From: a bacterium
GTDB lineage: Bacteria; SM23-31
Direction: 5' to 3'
Length of the DNA: 64,000 nucleotides
Assembly (NCBI GenBank): GCA_965249485.1
Contig: OZ252239.1
Location: forward strand, 576,001 to 640,000
The notes under the pieces were generated by a model. It was not told the DNA's origin. It saw only the letters and a list, made by a program, of their open reading frames with translations, and did no database searches. The position numbers and the translations under genes were made by a program. Positions 1 to 10,464 of the stretch are shown here, in pieces (the first letter of the stretch is position 1; each line of letters starts with the position of its first letter).

Positions 1-53
1 ATCTTCGGAGGGAATACAGCACGATTACTCGGTTTGTAGTGCCCTGAAAACAT
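1..53 (-). CDS. 5' end of a gene running off the window (MFSGHYKPSNRAVFPPK...), product unknown
   Basis: ATG at 53, 3 nt after the peptidase stop, open to position 1; too short to assign. Confidence 0.4.
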   Translation of the reverse strand, partial: MFSGHYKPSNRAVFPPK

Positions 54-56
54 TTC

Positions 57-2078
57 TTATCGGACTAACACCAATTTAATGACATCGGTAAAATTGTTAG
101 CGGTCATTCGGGCAAAGTAGATTCCCCCTGCTACTGATCTTCCAGCGTTATTTGTTCCATCCCACGGGGATCTATAAACACCCTGTGCAAGCGTTTCACT
201 AACCACGGTTTTAATTTCTTGTCCGGTTACCGAGTAAATTTTTGATGTTACATGAGCTGTGATTCTTGTTTTAAAATGAACCGTTGTTGAAGGATTGAAC
301 GGATTTGGAAAATTCGGGAGGAGCGTGAAGAACTCAGGAGTTACCGGTGGCCGCGATACATCAACATCTATTTCTTTCAAGACTTTATTCGAATCGTCCA
401 GAGTAACATGAAATGGTTCCTCATCTACCGTAAAAGTGTACTCCTGATGGCGTGAATCGTTTGTAACAGAAAAAACCTCCGATTTTCCATCCAATGTTTC
501 TACAAAGATATCCAACGGCATTTGATACACAATCCCGCTCTGGGTCTGATCTATTGTCACCTTTACATTATGTACAGATTCGTTATTGAGAACATTCCAA
601 CCTATCTGATAGTGAGGCCGACCTTCACTATATACCCACTGATCAAAGAACCAGCTGAGGCTTGTTCCGTATTCCCGCTCTGCAACTTCCTGAAAATCAT
701 CTGTAACAACTGTGCTGTATTGAAACGCAGGATCGGAAGCGTAAGATCTGAGTATCCTGAAGAACGCGACATCACCTACAACAGTGCGGAGCATATGGAG
801 AACCCATGCCCCTTTGTCAAAAGCAACGTCGGCAAGAATCGTTTCCGCGCTGCTGGTATTGTCTCTGATGAGACCCCCCCATTCATCTTCTGGTGCTGTA
901 ATGGCTATCATAAAATCTTTAAGAGCTAATTTCCCGCTACGTGCTTCAATATAAAGTGCTTCCGAATAGGTCGCAAATCCTTCGTTCAGCCATATATGTT
1001 CCCAACCCCGGCATGTAATCATATCACCCCACCACTGATGTGCAAGCTCGTGTGACACAAGAAATTCGCTTGGCCCGAGACGAGGAACGTTAAGGCTGAC
1101 TGCTGTTTGATGCTCCATACCACCTCCGGCACCGAACTCAACCTGTGCATATTTTTCATCAATAAACGGATATGGACCAAAGAGACCGGTAAACACTTCG
1201 AGCATATCTCCGGTTTTTTGAAACGCTGATGCGGGGCCGAAAGCACTTTCAGCTTTTTCTTTTGTCACATAGAACTCAATTGGCAGCGAATCTCCATCAG
1301 CCGTTACAAAATAGTCTCTCCGGAAATCATAATCGGCCACCGCAAGTGAGACAAGATAGCTGGCTATGGGATACCCTTCATGCCAGGCAAATGTCCGCGT
1401 TCCATTACCGTTTTCAATGACATTCTTCAGGATTCCGTTTGAAACGGCGGTGAGATCCTCCGATACAGTTATAATAACATCGACTGAATCGGCTTTATCT
1501 TCGGGGAGGTCTTTACACGGCCACCAGGTATGAGCAAAAAACGGCTGGCTCAAATTCCAGATCAACGGTCGGCCGTCTTCACTATTGCTAAAAATGAATG
1601 AGCCGAGCCCCTCAGGCTGTGGTGTTCCATTATAAGAAATTGAAATAGTTGTATGATCGTCGATTTCCATTGTTGACGTCAATATTATTGTCAGAATATC
1701 CTGCCCATGAGTAAATGTATCAATTCCGGCACCTGAAACTGCGGTTACTTCCAGATTGTTGGAGAGATCGAGTACGATGTTCGCGAGCTCAGGCACTTCA
1801 CTTTTCAGTGTAATATCGAGAACTCCGTCAATAGTTTCCGTATCCGGATTGATTTCAATATCCAATCTATAATAAAGTACGTCGAACATCCTTTGTTGCT
1901 CTAGATTTCCGGGATCGAGATGTGTTCTGCTGTTTATATTTTTTGCGAGAAGCGATTTTTCAGCATTTCGAAAAGAATGAAAATCATCAGGAAGAGTTTG
2001 GGAATATGCCGGAGACGTATAGAAAACAGAGTATACAAGCATGATTGAGAGGAGTGTCTGTGATAATGAGCGCATCAT
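57..2078 (-). CDS. secreted M1-family zinc aminopeptidase with C-terminal FlgD-Ig/T9SS-like sorting domain
   Basis: signal peptide; GGMEH; HELAH..W.NEGFATY (HExxH-18-E); C-terminal PNFPNPFNP...WDG....G..V..GIYF. Confidence 0.9.
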   Translation of the reverse strand: MMRSLSQTLLSIMLVYSVFYTSPAYSQTLPDDFHSFRNAEKSLLAKNINSRTHLDPGNLEQQRMFDVLYYRLDIEINPDTETIDGVLDITLKSEVPELANIVLDLSNNLEVTAVSGAGIDTFTHGQDILTIILTSTMEIDDHTTISISYNGTPQPEGLGSFIFSNSEDGRPLIWNLSQPFFAHTWWPCKDLPEDKADSVDVIITVSEDLTAVSNGILKNVIENGNGTRTFAWHEGYPIASYLVSLAVADYDFRRDYFVTADGDSLPIEFYVTKEKAESAFGPASAFQKTGDMLEVFTGLFGPYPFIDEKYAQVEFGAGGGMEHQTAVSLNVPRLGPSEFLVSHELAHQWWGDMITCRGWEHIWLNEGFATYSEALYIEARSGKLALKDFMIAITAPEDEWGGLIRDNTSSAETILADVAFDKGAWVLHMLRTVVGDVAFFRILRSYASDPAFQYSTVVTDDFQEVAEREYGTSLSWFFDQWVYSEGRPHYQIGWNVLNNESVHNVKVTIDQTQSGIVYQMPLDIFVETLDGKSEVFSVTNDSRHQEYTFTVDEEPFHVTLDDSNKVLKEIDVDVSRPPVTPEFFTLLPNFPNPFNPSTTVHFKTRITAHVTSKIYSVTGQEIKTVVSETLAQGVYRSPWDGTNNAGRSVAGGIYFARMTANNFTDVIKLVLVR

Positions 2079-2090
2079 TTCGTTAATAAT

Positions 2091-3245
2091 TTACGCTAGA
2101 AGCTTTATAAGTGTGTCGGCTGCACGGCCGGATGCTCCGGGCTCACCGAGGAGAGAAGATGTTGTGTTCAGAGTGGACTTAACATCGTTATAATATGATG
2201 TGTCAGAGAGAAATCTGTTTAATTCATGTGAGATTTTATCCGGACTTGCATCGTGCTGAATAAGTTCGGGAACCACTTTTCTATTGTGAATGATATTGAC
2301 CATTCCAATATAGGGAAGCGAGACCATCCGCTTTGCAAGAGCATAGGTGAGCTGCGACATTTTATAAACAATAACCATCGGCGTTCCTGCGATTCCTGTT
2401 TCAAGCGTTGCGGTTCCTGACGACACGACAACGGCGGTACTGTGAAACATGCAATCATAAACCTCACTGACCAGTAAGGGAGGTTTGTCTTTTGCTTTTA
2501 GAAATCCCGTATAGACTGATTCGTCAATATGGGGTGCTTTCCCTATCAATATCTGCATACTATTTTTATCAACGGACATTTTCTCCATCGCTTCGAGCAG
2601 CGGCGGCAAATGGCGGATAATCTCCTGATTCCTGCTGCCTGGTAGAAGAGAAATTACCGGTTTTTCAGGATCGAGGCCGTATTTCCGGAAAAATTCATCA
2701 CGGGAGTTCGCCGGTTTGACCACATCGAGCAGCGGGTGTCCGACAAATTCGACATTCATACCGGTGCTCTTGTATAATTCTACTTCAAATTCAAATACTA
2801 CCACCATAACATCAACTGACTTCGCAATAATTTTGATTCTGTTTTTCTTCCATGCCCAGACCTGCGGAGAAATGTAATACATAATTTTAATATTCGTGCC
2901 GAACCGGTTGCGGATCTTCTTTGCAAGGCGAATGTTGAATCCGGGATAGTCGATGAGCACAACTGCATCCGGTTTACGTTCTGCAATTTCATTAAGAAGA
3001 GTCCGGAAGACTTTCTGAATAAAAGGTAAGTGTTTTACCACTTCGGTAAAACCGAGTATTGCCATTTTATTTACATGAAACAGAATTTCCATACCCTGTT
3101 TCCGCATCATATCCCCACCAATTCCAAAGAGTACGGCCTGCGGGATGTGCTTCTTCAAATCTTCAATAACTGCAGCACCGTGAATATCTCCCGAGGTTTC
3201 ACCGGCAATAAGGGCAATTGTTTTTATTGTACGCTCACTCGTCAT
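2091..3245 (-). CDS. lpxB: lipid-A-disaccharide synthase
   Basis: IAGETSGDIHG, IDYPGFN, YYISPQVWAW, FVGHPL, LLPGSR, SGTATLE motifs. Confidence 0.96.
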   Translation of the reverse strand: MTSERTIKTIALIAGETSGDIHGAAVIEDLKKHIPQAVLFGIGGDMMRKQGMEILFHVNKMAILGFTEVVKHLPFIQKVFRTLLNEIAERKPDAVVLIDYPGFNIRLAKKIRNRFGTNIKIMYYISPQVWAWKKNRIKIIAKSVDVMVVVFEFEVELYKSTGMNVEFVGHPLLDVVKPANSRDEFFRKYGLDPEKPVISLLPGSRNQEIIRHLPPLLEAMEKMSVDKNSMQILIGKAPHIDESVYTGFLKAKDKPPLLVSEVYDCMFHSTAVVVSSGTATLETGIAGTPMVIVYKMSQLTYALAKRMVSLPYIGMVNIIHNRKVVPELIQHDASPDKISHELNRFLSDTSYYNDVKSTLNTTSSLLGEPGASGRAADTLIKLLA

Positions 3246-3527
3246 AACGAATATTATCGATAATGTAAAACAGATGTATAGCTAACGTCTTGTAATATGT
3301 CAAATTTTATTAAAAAATCAATGTTCATTTACGGTCGACGCGGAATCGAAATATATGAAAAATACCTGAATGGTATGTTTTTTGCATTTTACCGGTCTTG
3401 AATTTTTCAGTGAGTATTTAATTAAAACAGACGGTAAAATTCTCAATAACAGGATTTTCCTTTCAGAAATTAATAATTTTTTACATTTAAGGATGCAAAT
3501 CTCTTTAGTAATAATATGTGACAAGCG

Positions 3528-5445
3528 ATGAATATAATACAATATGTTAAAGTAACTCCTGTACTTCTGATGGTGTGCTTAAATTTCAGTACTCTCTTTG
3601 CACAATCTGATGACGAATGCTTTGATTGCCACAACGATCCTGATCTCTATTCAGAAACCTCAGAGGGTGAAATTATATCCGCCTTTATCCATTGGAGATC
3701 GTTATACTCAGGATGTCCATTTTGACATGGGCCTTAAATGTATAAGCTGCCATGCAGATATTTCTGAAATTCCGCATGAAGACGACACCGAACCGGTCGA
3801 GTGCGCGGTCTGTCACGATGAAGTTGAAGCTGAATTCCGGACAAGCTACCACGGATATATTCAGGACCGGAATAACCCGAATGCTCCAAACTGTATAAGC
3901 TGTCATGGAAAACATCCTGTGCTACCGTCTACACACGAAGACTCACCGGTAAATGCGTTCAATCAACCACAAACATGCGGAATCTGTCACGGCAATTTTG
4001 AGCTGAAACTCGATCCGGAAATCCGGAGTGCACGAACGGTTCAGATATACCTTGGGAGTATTCACGGCAAAAATCTTATCAACGGTTTGGAAGCTGCTGC
4101 TTCGTGCAACGACTGCCACGGGATTCATGATCTGACAGGCGCTGCTGATACTGCTTCACCGGTTAACAGGCGTAATATTCCCGAAACGTGCTCACAGTGT
4201 CATGGAGATGTTTATTACAGCTATATCAACAGCATACACGGAAAAGCGCTGAAGGCCGGCATTATGGATTCTCCTGTCTGCACCGATTGTCATGGTGAAC
4301 ATTCGATAATGTCGACGATTGATCCTGAGTCACCGACCTTTAACATGGCACTTTCCGAGCAAATATGTGCTGACTGCCACGAAAATCCAAGTATTATACA
4401 GAAATATGGTCTGCCCGGTGAGACGTTGAAGACCTATCAGGAAAGTTACCACGGTATGGCAAACGCTAAAGGGTCTGAAGAAGCGGCAACGTGTGTCAGC
4501 TGCCACGGGTCGCACTTGATTTTGCCGCAGACAAATCCAAACTCCACTATCCATGTGGATAATGTCGGAGAAACGTGCAGCAGTTGTCATCCAAACGCAG
4601 ATTTGAAATTTGCAACGAGCTATTCTCACACAGCTCTCAGAGAAGAAGAAAACGGCCTCAACACTTTCGTTCGTAATATGTACTTGCTGCTTATCGCACT
4701 AACGGTCGGCGGAATGCTCATCCATAATACAACTATTATGAGCAAATATATCAGGGCAAAGTATTATGCAGGTGAATATACCGATAAGGTTAAGCGTTTC
4801 GACAAGCATACAATTGTACAGCATATTCTATTAACAGTCTCATTTACTCTGCTTGTCGTTACCGGTTTTGCTCTGAAATTTCCCGATACATGGTGGATCA
4901 AATTCCTTACAATAATAGGCCTTTCGGAGGATGTACGGGGTATTCTCCACCGGACTGCAGCGGTAATTATGGTGCTGACATCGATGTATCATATTAACTA
5001 TCTGTTTTTTACTATCAAGGGAAGAAAAGAGTTAAAATTTCTTATGCTGCGTGGACAGGATTTAAAGGATATAAAAACAAACCTCCTCTATCATATGGGA
5101 AAATCAAACAGGAAACCTGAATATGACAAATATGATTACACTGAAAAAATTGAATATTGGGCACTTATCTGGGGTTCTGTTATTATGGTTGTAACCGGAT
5201 TCATTCTATGGTTTCCTACTTTTTTTGTTCAATTTCTCCCCTCGTGGACTATTACTCTTTCGGAGACGGTACACTATTACGAAGCTTGGCTTGCCACACT
5301 GGCAATTGTTGTCTGGCATTTCTTTTTTGTTATTTTTCATCCTGATGAATATCCGATGAGTATGACCTGGCTGACCGGGCGGATGAGCGATAAAGAAGCA
5401 CAACACAAGCATAGTATTTGGTATAAAAAAATGAAAAAGAAATAA
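3528..5445 (+). CDS. multiheme cytochrome c / cytochrome b fusion (CbcL-like, 11 CxxCH), split by a +1 frameshift near 3690
   Basis: ORF 3528-3725 has the signal peptide plus CFDCH; ORF 3598-5445 has 10 CxxCH followed by a TM domain with heme-b-type His (QH, LHR, YH, VHYYEA, WHF); deleting one base gives a 638-aa protein. Confidence 0.88.
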
Positions 5446-5664
5446 TTTTCTTGACGAACGGTTACTGAGAACGTTTTATTGTTCAAATTCAAATTTCATA
5501 TACTAATACGATACGGAATAGTATCAAGAAAAAACAACCTTTACATTTTATGATTTTTGTGTAACTATTATATAATAGAAACATTTTTCATGGAATAACA
5601 ATCACCGTAGAGATGTATGTAATAATAGAAGACATATTTTTAATAAATTGTACAAGGTAATTAA

Positions 5665-6447
5665 ATGAAAAATGTTGCCAGATTTCTTTTTCTCAGTATA
5701 ATTTTATTATTACCAATGCAACTCTCAGCCCAGGAAGAGAAAAGTAAAAAAATTTCAATTGAAGCACAAAATGACACGCATACTGAAGAGACAACTGATC
5801 AGTCACCGCTTGGACGTACACACATGCAATTCAATAAAAGAGTCAACTATATTATTGCAAATACGAATACTCCAACGGCTATACAACCCGCAGCAGCTAT
5901 CAATTCCGGCCAGTTTCAGAACAGGGGATTATTAAACTCCGCTTTTCTCCGAAACACCATCGGCGTAAATTCAATTTTTTCACACAGGGTACAGCGGGAT
6001 TTTTATTTTGTCGGAGAGCTAGGTTATTTTTATGCTAACTCAATTCTCTCTCCCTCAAATCTTTCCAGTTTCCCTCAATCTGGCCGGTTACGTAATGTTT
6101 CAGAAGTTTCGCTTTATCCACTGTACTTCGGTTTTCGAAAGGGATTTTATTTAAATAACACTTCAATAAATCGGTATTATCCTTATATTGGCGCCGGAAT
6201 TGGTACAGCGCTTGGAATTGGAAGCAATACATCGCAAAATATATTTAAAAGCGATTTTGAAATCACCCCATCGGGTTATGTAACAGCCGGAACGGAGATT
6301 TATGCGTTCAAGAAAGTGTTTATTGATCTTGGTATACGGTACCGGTATCTGAATTTTGCCAATACGCTCGGTTTATGGAAAGATTTTAGCGGATTTTCCT
6401 TCAATATAGGATTTGGGTACGGTTTCGGTATGCGACTCCTCCGATAG
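5665..6447 (+). CDS. outer-membrane beta-barrel protein (OmpW/OmpA-membrane-like)
   Basis: signal peptide; alternating aromatic strands (YPYIGAGIG, FIDLGIRY, FSFNIGFGYGF). Confidence 0.65.
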   Translation: MKNVARFLFLSIILLLPMQLSAQEEKSKKISIEAQNDTHTEETTDQSPLGRTHMQFNKRVNYIIANTNTPTAIQPAAAINSGQFQNRGLLNSAFLRNTIGVNSIFSHRVQRDFYFVGELGYFYANSILSPSNLSSFPQSGRLRNVSEVSLYPLYFGFRKGFYLNNTSINRYYPYIGAGIGTALGIGSNTSQNIFKSDFEITPSGYVTAGTEIYAFKKVFIDLGIRYRYLNFANTLGLWKDFSGFSFNIGFGYGFGMRLLR

Positions 6448-6632
6448 TATCGATTCGGAATTAGTTTTACCTCCATTACATTTTTCCTATCTTCTTATTT
6501 GCATTTCATTACTTACCTGGCACTCATAGACCATAATTTCTTGCAATGGTCGGATTCGGCGTTCTTATAATGGGAATCAGTATTAAGCGGTTTAAAAAAA
6601 GGCTTGAGTGACCGTGTACTCCTCTATTTCTC

Positions 6633-6661
6633 TTGATTCTTGACAAAAAAAATTATACACT
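6633..6661 (+). promoter_or_regulatory. sigma70-type promoter of recN-murA
   Basis: TTGATT-17nt-TACACT about 70 nt before the recN ATG. Confidence 0.4.
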
Positions 6662-6730
6662 GTTTTACTCTTTTATCCCACGTTAATAAACACTATTTTC
6701 ACATGTGATTTTCAGTTTATATGTGCTTTT

Positions 6731-8443
6731 ATGCTGAAACGTCTTGAAATACAAAACTATGCGATTATCGATCATCTGAGTGTCGAATTCGGTCCCGGAT
6801 TCAACATTCTTACCGGAGAAACCGGAGCGGGAAAATCGATTATTGTCGGCGCTCTTGGGCTTCTGCTCGGAGGACGTATATCCGTATCACAACTCAGAAA
6901 AGGTGCACAGCAAGGATATGTTGAAGGTGAATTTGATTTCTCACATTACAGAACAAATCCGACCCTTCAAGCCCGAACAGATGGTTTTTCAAATCAGTTC
7001 ACAATTAAACGGACATTTTCCGGAACCGGTGGCAACAAATGTTTTATCAACAATGAACAGGCAACCGTTCAGACTATTAAAGACCTCATGAGCGGGCTGG
7101 TCGATTTTCACGGACAGCACCAGCACCAATCGCTGTTAAATTCGGAAAATTATTATGAGATTCTCGACCGGTTCGGAGATACTTCGAAGATCGCTGAGGA
7201 GATATCCGAACTGCATACGTCCATAATGTCGTGCGTAAAAGAAAAGCGTGACCTTGAGAAAAAAGCAGATACCATCAGTGAAATGCAGGATTATCTGACG
7301 TTTCAACTGAAAGAGATAAATGAGGTCAATCCTCAGCCTGGTGAGGAAGAAGAGCTCGAGCAGGAATGGAAAATTCTCCAGAATGTAGAGAAGATCGTTT
7401 CAACCGCACAAGCTTGCTATAGAATGCTCTATGATGCGGACGGCTCTGCGTATGAGCAGATTCAACAGGCACAGCAATCACTCGAATCTATCCGGGAGTA
7501 TGATCCGCAGGTCCATACTCTCGAGCAGGACCTTGACACGGCATCTGTGAGTGTGGAAGAGGCGGCGCAGTTTCTCCAGAGAATGAGCGACGGCATCGAG
7601 TCGAATCCAGAACGGCTGGAAGAGATAAATCAACGGTTAATGACTCTACGGCAGCTCCAGAAGAAACATAAAACATCGATTGAAGGACTCCTCAAGAAGA
7701 AAGAAGAAATTGTAAACGATCTTAAAAGTGAATCTGACACATCCGAAAAAATAAATGAACTTGCCGAAACCATTAGAAAGATGCTGCAGGATTATTCCAA
7801 AGCAAGTATAAATCTATCACATTGCCGGACAAAAACAGCCGGAAATCTTCAAAAGAAAATCCTGGGTAAATTGAAAGCACTTGGGATGGATACATCTCTT
7901 CTGGATATATCAGTATTGCGGCGAGAAAAGCGAAACTTGAGTGATGGTTTCCTTACGGTTTCGGATAAGGGATATGTATATTCGGGAGATACTCACGGTA
8001 TCGATGAGATCTTTTTCAGAATTGCCACAGGAAAAGCCGAACAACTACTGCCAATTGCCGATATTGCTTCGGGCGGAGAGTTGAGTCGGTTGATGCTGGC
8101 AATTAAATCGTCTCTGATGCAGGCAGACCATGTTCCCACCCTGATATTCGATGAAGTCGATACAGGAATTTCCGGACGAATTGCCGCGGCAGTCGGCAAT
8201 GAACTCCACAATCTCGCACATTTCCACCAAATTTTGTGTATTACCCACCTACCTCAGATTGCCGCAAAGGCCGATCACCACTATTCCGTTGAAAAAATTG
8301 AGCGTGACACCCGGATTGTTACTCAGGTTGCCCATTTGGATGACGACAAAAGAAAACTTGAGATTGCAAAACTTCTGGCAGGAGAATCGGTTCTCGATAT
8401 TCATATAAGAAATGCTGAAGAGATGATAAAAAACAATGCATAG
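6731..8443 (+). CDS. recN: DNA repair protein RecN
   Basis: LTGETGAGKS, HGQHQHQ, ASGGELSR, FDEVDTGISG, ITHLPQIAA. Confidence 0.97.
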   Translation: MLKRLEIQNYAIIDHLSVEFGPGFNILTGETGAGKSIIVGALGLLLGGRISVSQLRKGAQQGYVEGEFDFSHYRTNPTLQARTDGFSNQFTIKRTFSGTGGNKCFINNEQATVQTIKDLMSGLVDFHGQHQHQSLLNSENYYEILDRFGDTSKIAEEISELHTSIMSCVKEKRDLEKKADTISEMQDYLTFQLKEINEVNPQPGEEEELEQEWKILQNVEKIVSTAQACYRMLYDADGSAYEQIQQAQQSLESIREYDPQVHTLEQDLDTASVSVEEAAQFLQRMSDGIESNPERLEEINQRLMTLRQLQKKHKTSIEGLLKKKEEIVNDLKSESDTSEKINELAETIRKMLQDYSKASINLSHCRTKTAGNLQKKILGKLKALGMDTSLLDISVLRREKRNLSDGFLTVSDKGYVYSGDTHGIDEIFFRIATGKAEQLLPIADIASGGELSRLMLAIKSSLMQADHVPTLIFDEVDTGISGRIAAAVGNELHNLAHFHQILCITHLPQIAAKADHHYSVEKIERDTRIVTQVAHLDDDKRKLEIAKLLAGESVLDIHIRNAEEMIKNNA

Positions 8444-8473
8444 AGATGATTTAGCAGCAAAAATGGAACGATT

Positions 8474-9724
8474 ATGGATAAATTTGTAATAAACGGCGGC
8501 AATAAACTTATGGGAACTGTTGCTATCAGTGGTGCAAAAAATGCCGTTCTGCCACTTATGGCGGCAACTCTTCTGACAAGCGGTGAGAGCATTATAAAAA
8601 ATGTGCCAAAACTTCGTGATGTAACGACAATGGGTGCAATGCTCCAGAAACTCGGTGCAGAGGTTTCGTTAGAGAACGGTACACTGACAATCGACACATC
8701 CGGTGTTTCACATTGTGAAGCGCCATATGAGCTTGTTAAAACGATGCGTGCTTCAGTCTATGTACTCGGCCCTCTCCTTGCCCGTTTTGGAAAGGCGCGG
8801 GTATCACTGCCAGGAGGATGTGCCTGGGGTCCGAGACCGATCGATCTCCATCTATTCGGTTTCCGCAGACTGGGTGTCGACCTTGTTCTTGACCAGGGAT
8901 ATATTGATGCTCATACGACTCAATTAAGCGGCAATGAAATTGTGTTTGCAAAATCGAGTGTTGGTGCGACCGGCAATGTGTTGATGTGTGCCGTCCTTGC
9001 CGAGGGAACAACGATTATGCGCAATACTGCTCTGGAGCCCGAAATCACAGCACTTGTTGAGGGCCTCATTGCGATGGGTGCGAAAATTGACGGCGATGGT
9101 ACCGAAACGCTCACTATTCATGGTGTTTCTTCGCTTCAACCGCTTAACTCGACGGTTATTCCCGATCGTATCGAAGCCGGTACGTTTCTCATTGCCGGGG
9201 CTCTTACCGGCGGAAACATCACACTCAAAAATATCGACCCGTCTCACCTGACAGCCGTAACCGATGCTATGCAGTCGGCAGGCATCAAACTCACTATCGG
9301 AGAAACTATTTCTATAGAGGGCAATGGAGATATACAGCCAGTTGATATCCGCACCGATATCTATCCGGCATTTCCAACCGATATGCAAGCACAATGGATA
9401 GCACTGATGAGTATTGCGCAGGGCAAATGTGTTGTTGAGGATACTGTATTTCATGACCGATTCACCCATGTTGCCGAGCTGAACCGTTTTGGTGCATCGA
9501 TTTCGGTTGAAGCGAATAGAGCACATATTACCGGAGTTCACGGTCTAAAAGGAGCTCCTGTCATGTCTACCGATCTCAGAGCGAGTGCCAGCCTCATTCT
9601 CGCAGGATTACGGGCATCAGGAACAACCGAGGTTCATAGAATTTATCACATTGATAGAGGGTATGAGTCAATTGAGAAAAAGCTGCAGGAAATAGGGGCC
9701 GATATAAGGAGAATTTCTGCTTAA
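8474..9724 (+). CDS. murA: UDP-N-acetylglucosamine 1-carboxyvinyltransferase
   Basis: SGAKNA, MRAS, LPGGCAWGPRPID (catalytic Cys), PDRIEAGT, TDLRASA, HIDRGYE. Confidence 0.98.
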   Translation: MDKFVINGGNKLMGTVAISGAKNAVLPLMAATLLTSGESIIKNVPKLRDVTTMGAMLQKLGAEVSLENGTLTIDTSGVSHCEAPYELVKTMRASVYVLGPLLARFGKARVSLPGGCAWGPRPIDLHLFGFRRLGVDLVLDQGYIDAHTTQLSGNEIVFAKSSVGATGNVLMCAVLAEGTTIMRNTALEPEITALVEGLIAMGAKIDGDGTETLTIHGVSSLQPLNSTVIPDRIEAGTFLIAGALTGGNITLKNIDPSHLTAVTDAMQSAGIKLTIGETISIEGNGDIQPVDIRTDIYPAFPTDMQAQWIALMSIAQGKCVVEDTVFHDRFTHVAELNRFGASISVEANRAHITGVHGLKGAPVMSTDLRASASLILAGLRASGTTEVHRIYHIDRGYESIEKKLQEIGADIRRISA

Positions 9725-9793
9725 TTTTCTGAGAATAATATTGAAATCTACATATCAGGCGAAAAATTATAAATAAAAGTAGAGAGGTATGCA

Positions 9794-10168
9794 TCAGTTG
9801 ATGCTATTACTCAAGGGGAGCACGTTATTGACTGCCTGATAAAATGTCCGCAAATCGAAGGGCTTTGAAAGAAAGTCTTTGACGCCAAGCTGAGAAAGTT
9901 TCGCTATATTTTCTTTGCTCAGATAAGCTGAAACAACGATTACCGGAACCGACTGATTTCGCTTTTTTAATATTGACATGACCTGTAATCCATCGAGTTT
10001 CGGCATATGGATGTCAAGAAGAACGACGTTGTAGTCCTTCTTTTTAAGAATCTGAAGCGCCTCTTCTCCATTTTCAGCTTCATCCACATCAATTTTCACT
10101 TTCTCTAAAATATTTCGGATTGCTATACGGGTTGATTGATCATCATCTACTACAAGTGCTTTCGGCAT
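9794..10168 (-). CDS. single-domain response regulator (CheY-like receiver)
   Basis: LVVDDD, LLDIHMP.LDG, VSA, KPF; likely start MPKAL at 10168. Confidence 0.9.
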   Translation of the reverse strand: MPKALVVDDDQSTRIAIRNILEKVKIDVDEAENGEEALQILKKKDYNVVLLDIHMPKLDGLQVMSILKKRNQSVPVIVVSAYLSKENIAKLSQLGVKDFLSKPFDLRTFYQAVNNVLPLSNSIN

Positions 10169-10464
10169 GACAATAAACTGGTTTGGATGAATAAAAATAG
10201 TTGTCACGTGGTAAATATTATGAAAGTAAATATAGTACTTTTTTTTCGAGTATCAATACAAATTGTCTCATTATTCTTTTATGATGTCTTTTCATTTTCT
10301 ATACATAAGTTTTGCGTGAATTACTTTGCAGGAATGTATACATTTTCATTCTTGTCTCTTTTCACAGGAGTGATATCGTTTCATTTATTAAATCAATAAG
10401 AAATAATACCTGACTCAAACAAGATCAATCGGAAACGATTGTACCAATAGATTGCTGTTATTTT

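Noticed and set aside
6600..6730. SOS box upstream of recN
   Set aside because: Only weak matches with the wrong spacing (TATAC-ACT-GTTT; GAGT-N8-ACTC); they do not fit the motif seen at 39.5 and 61.4 kb.
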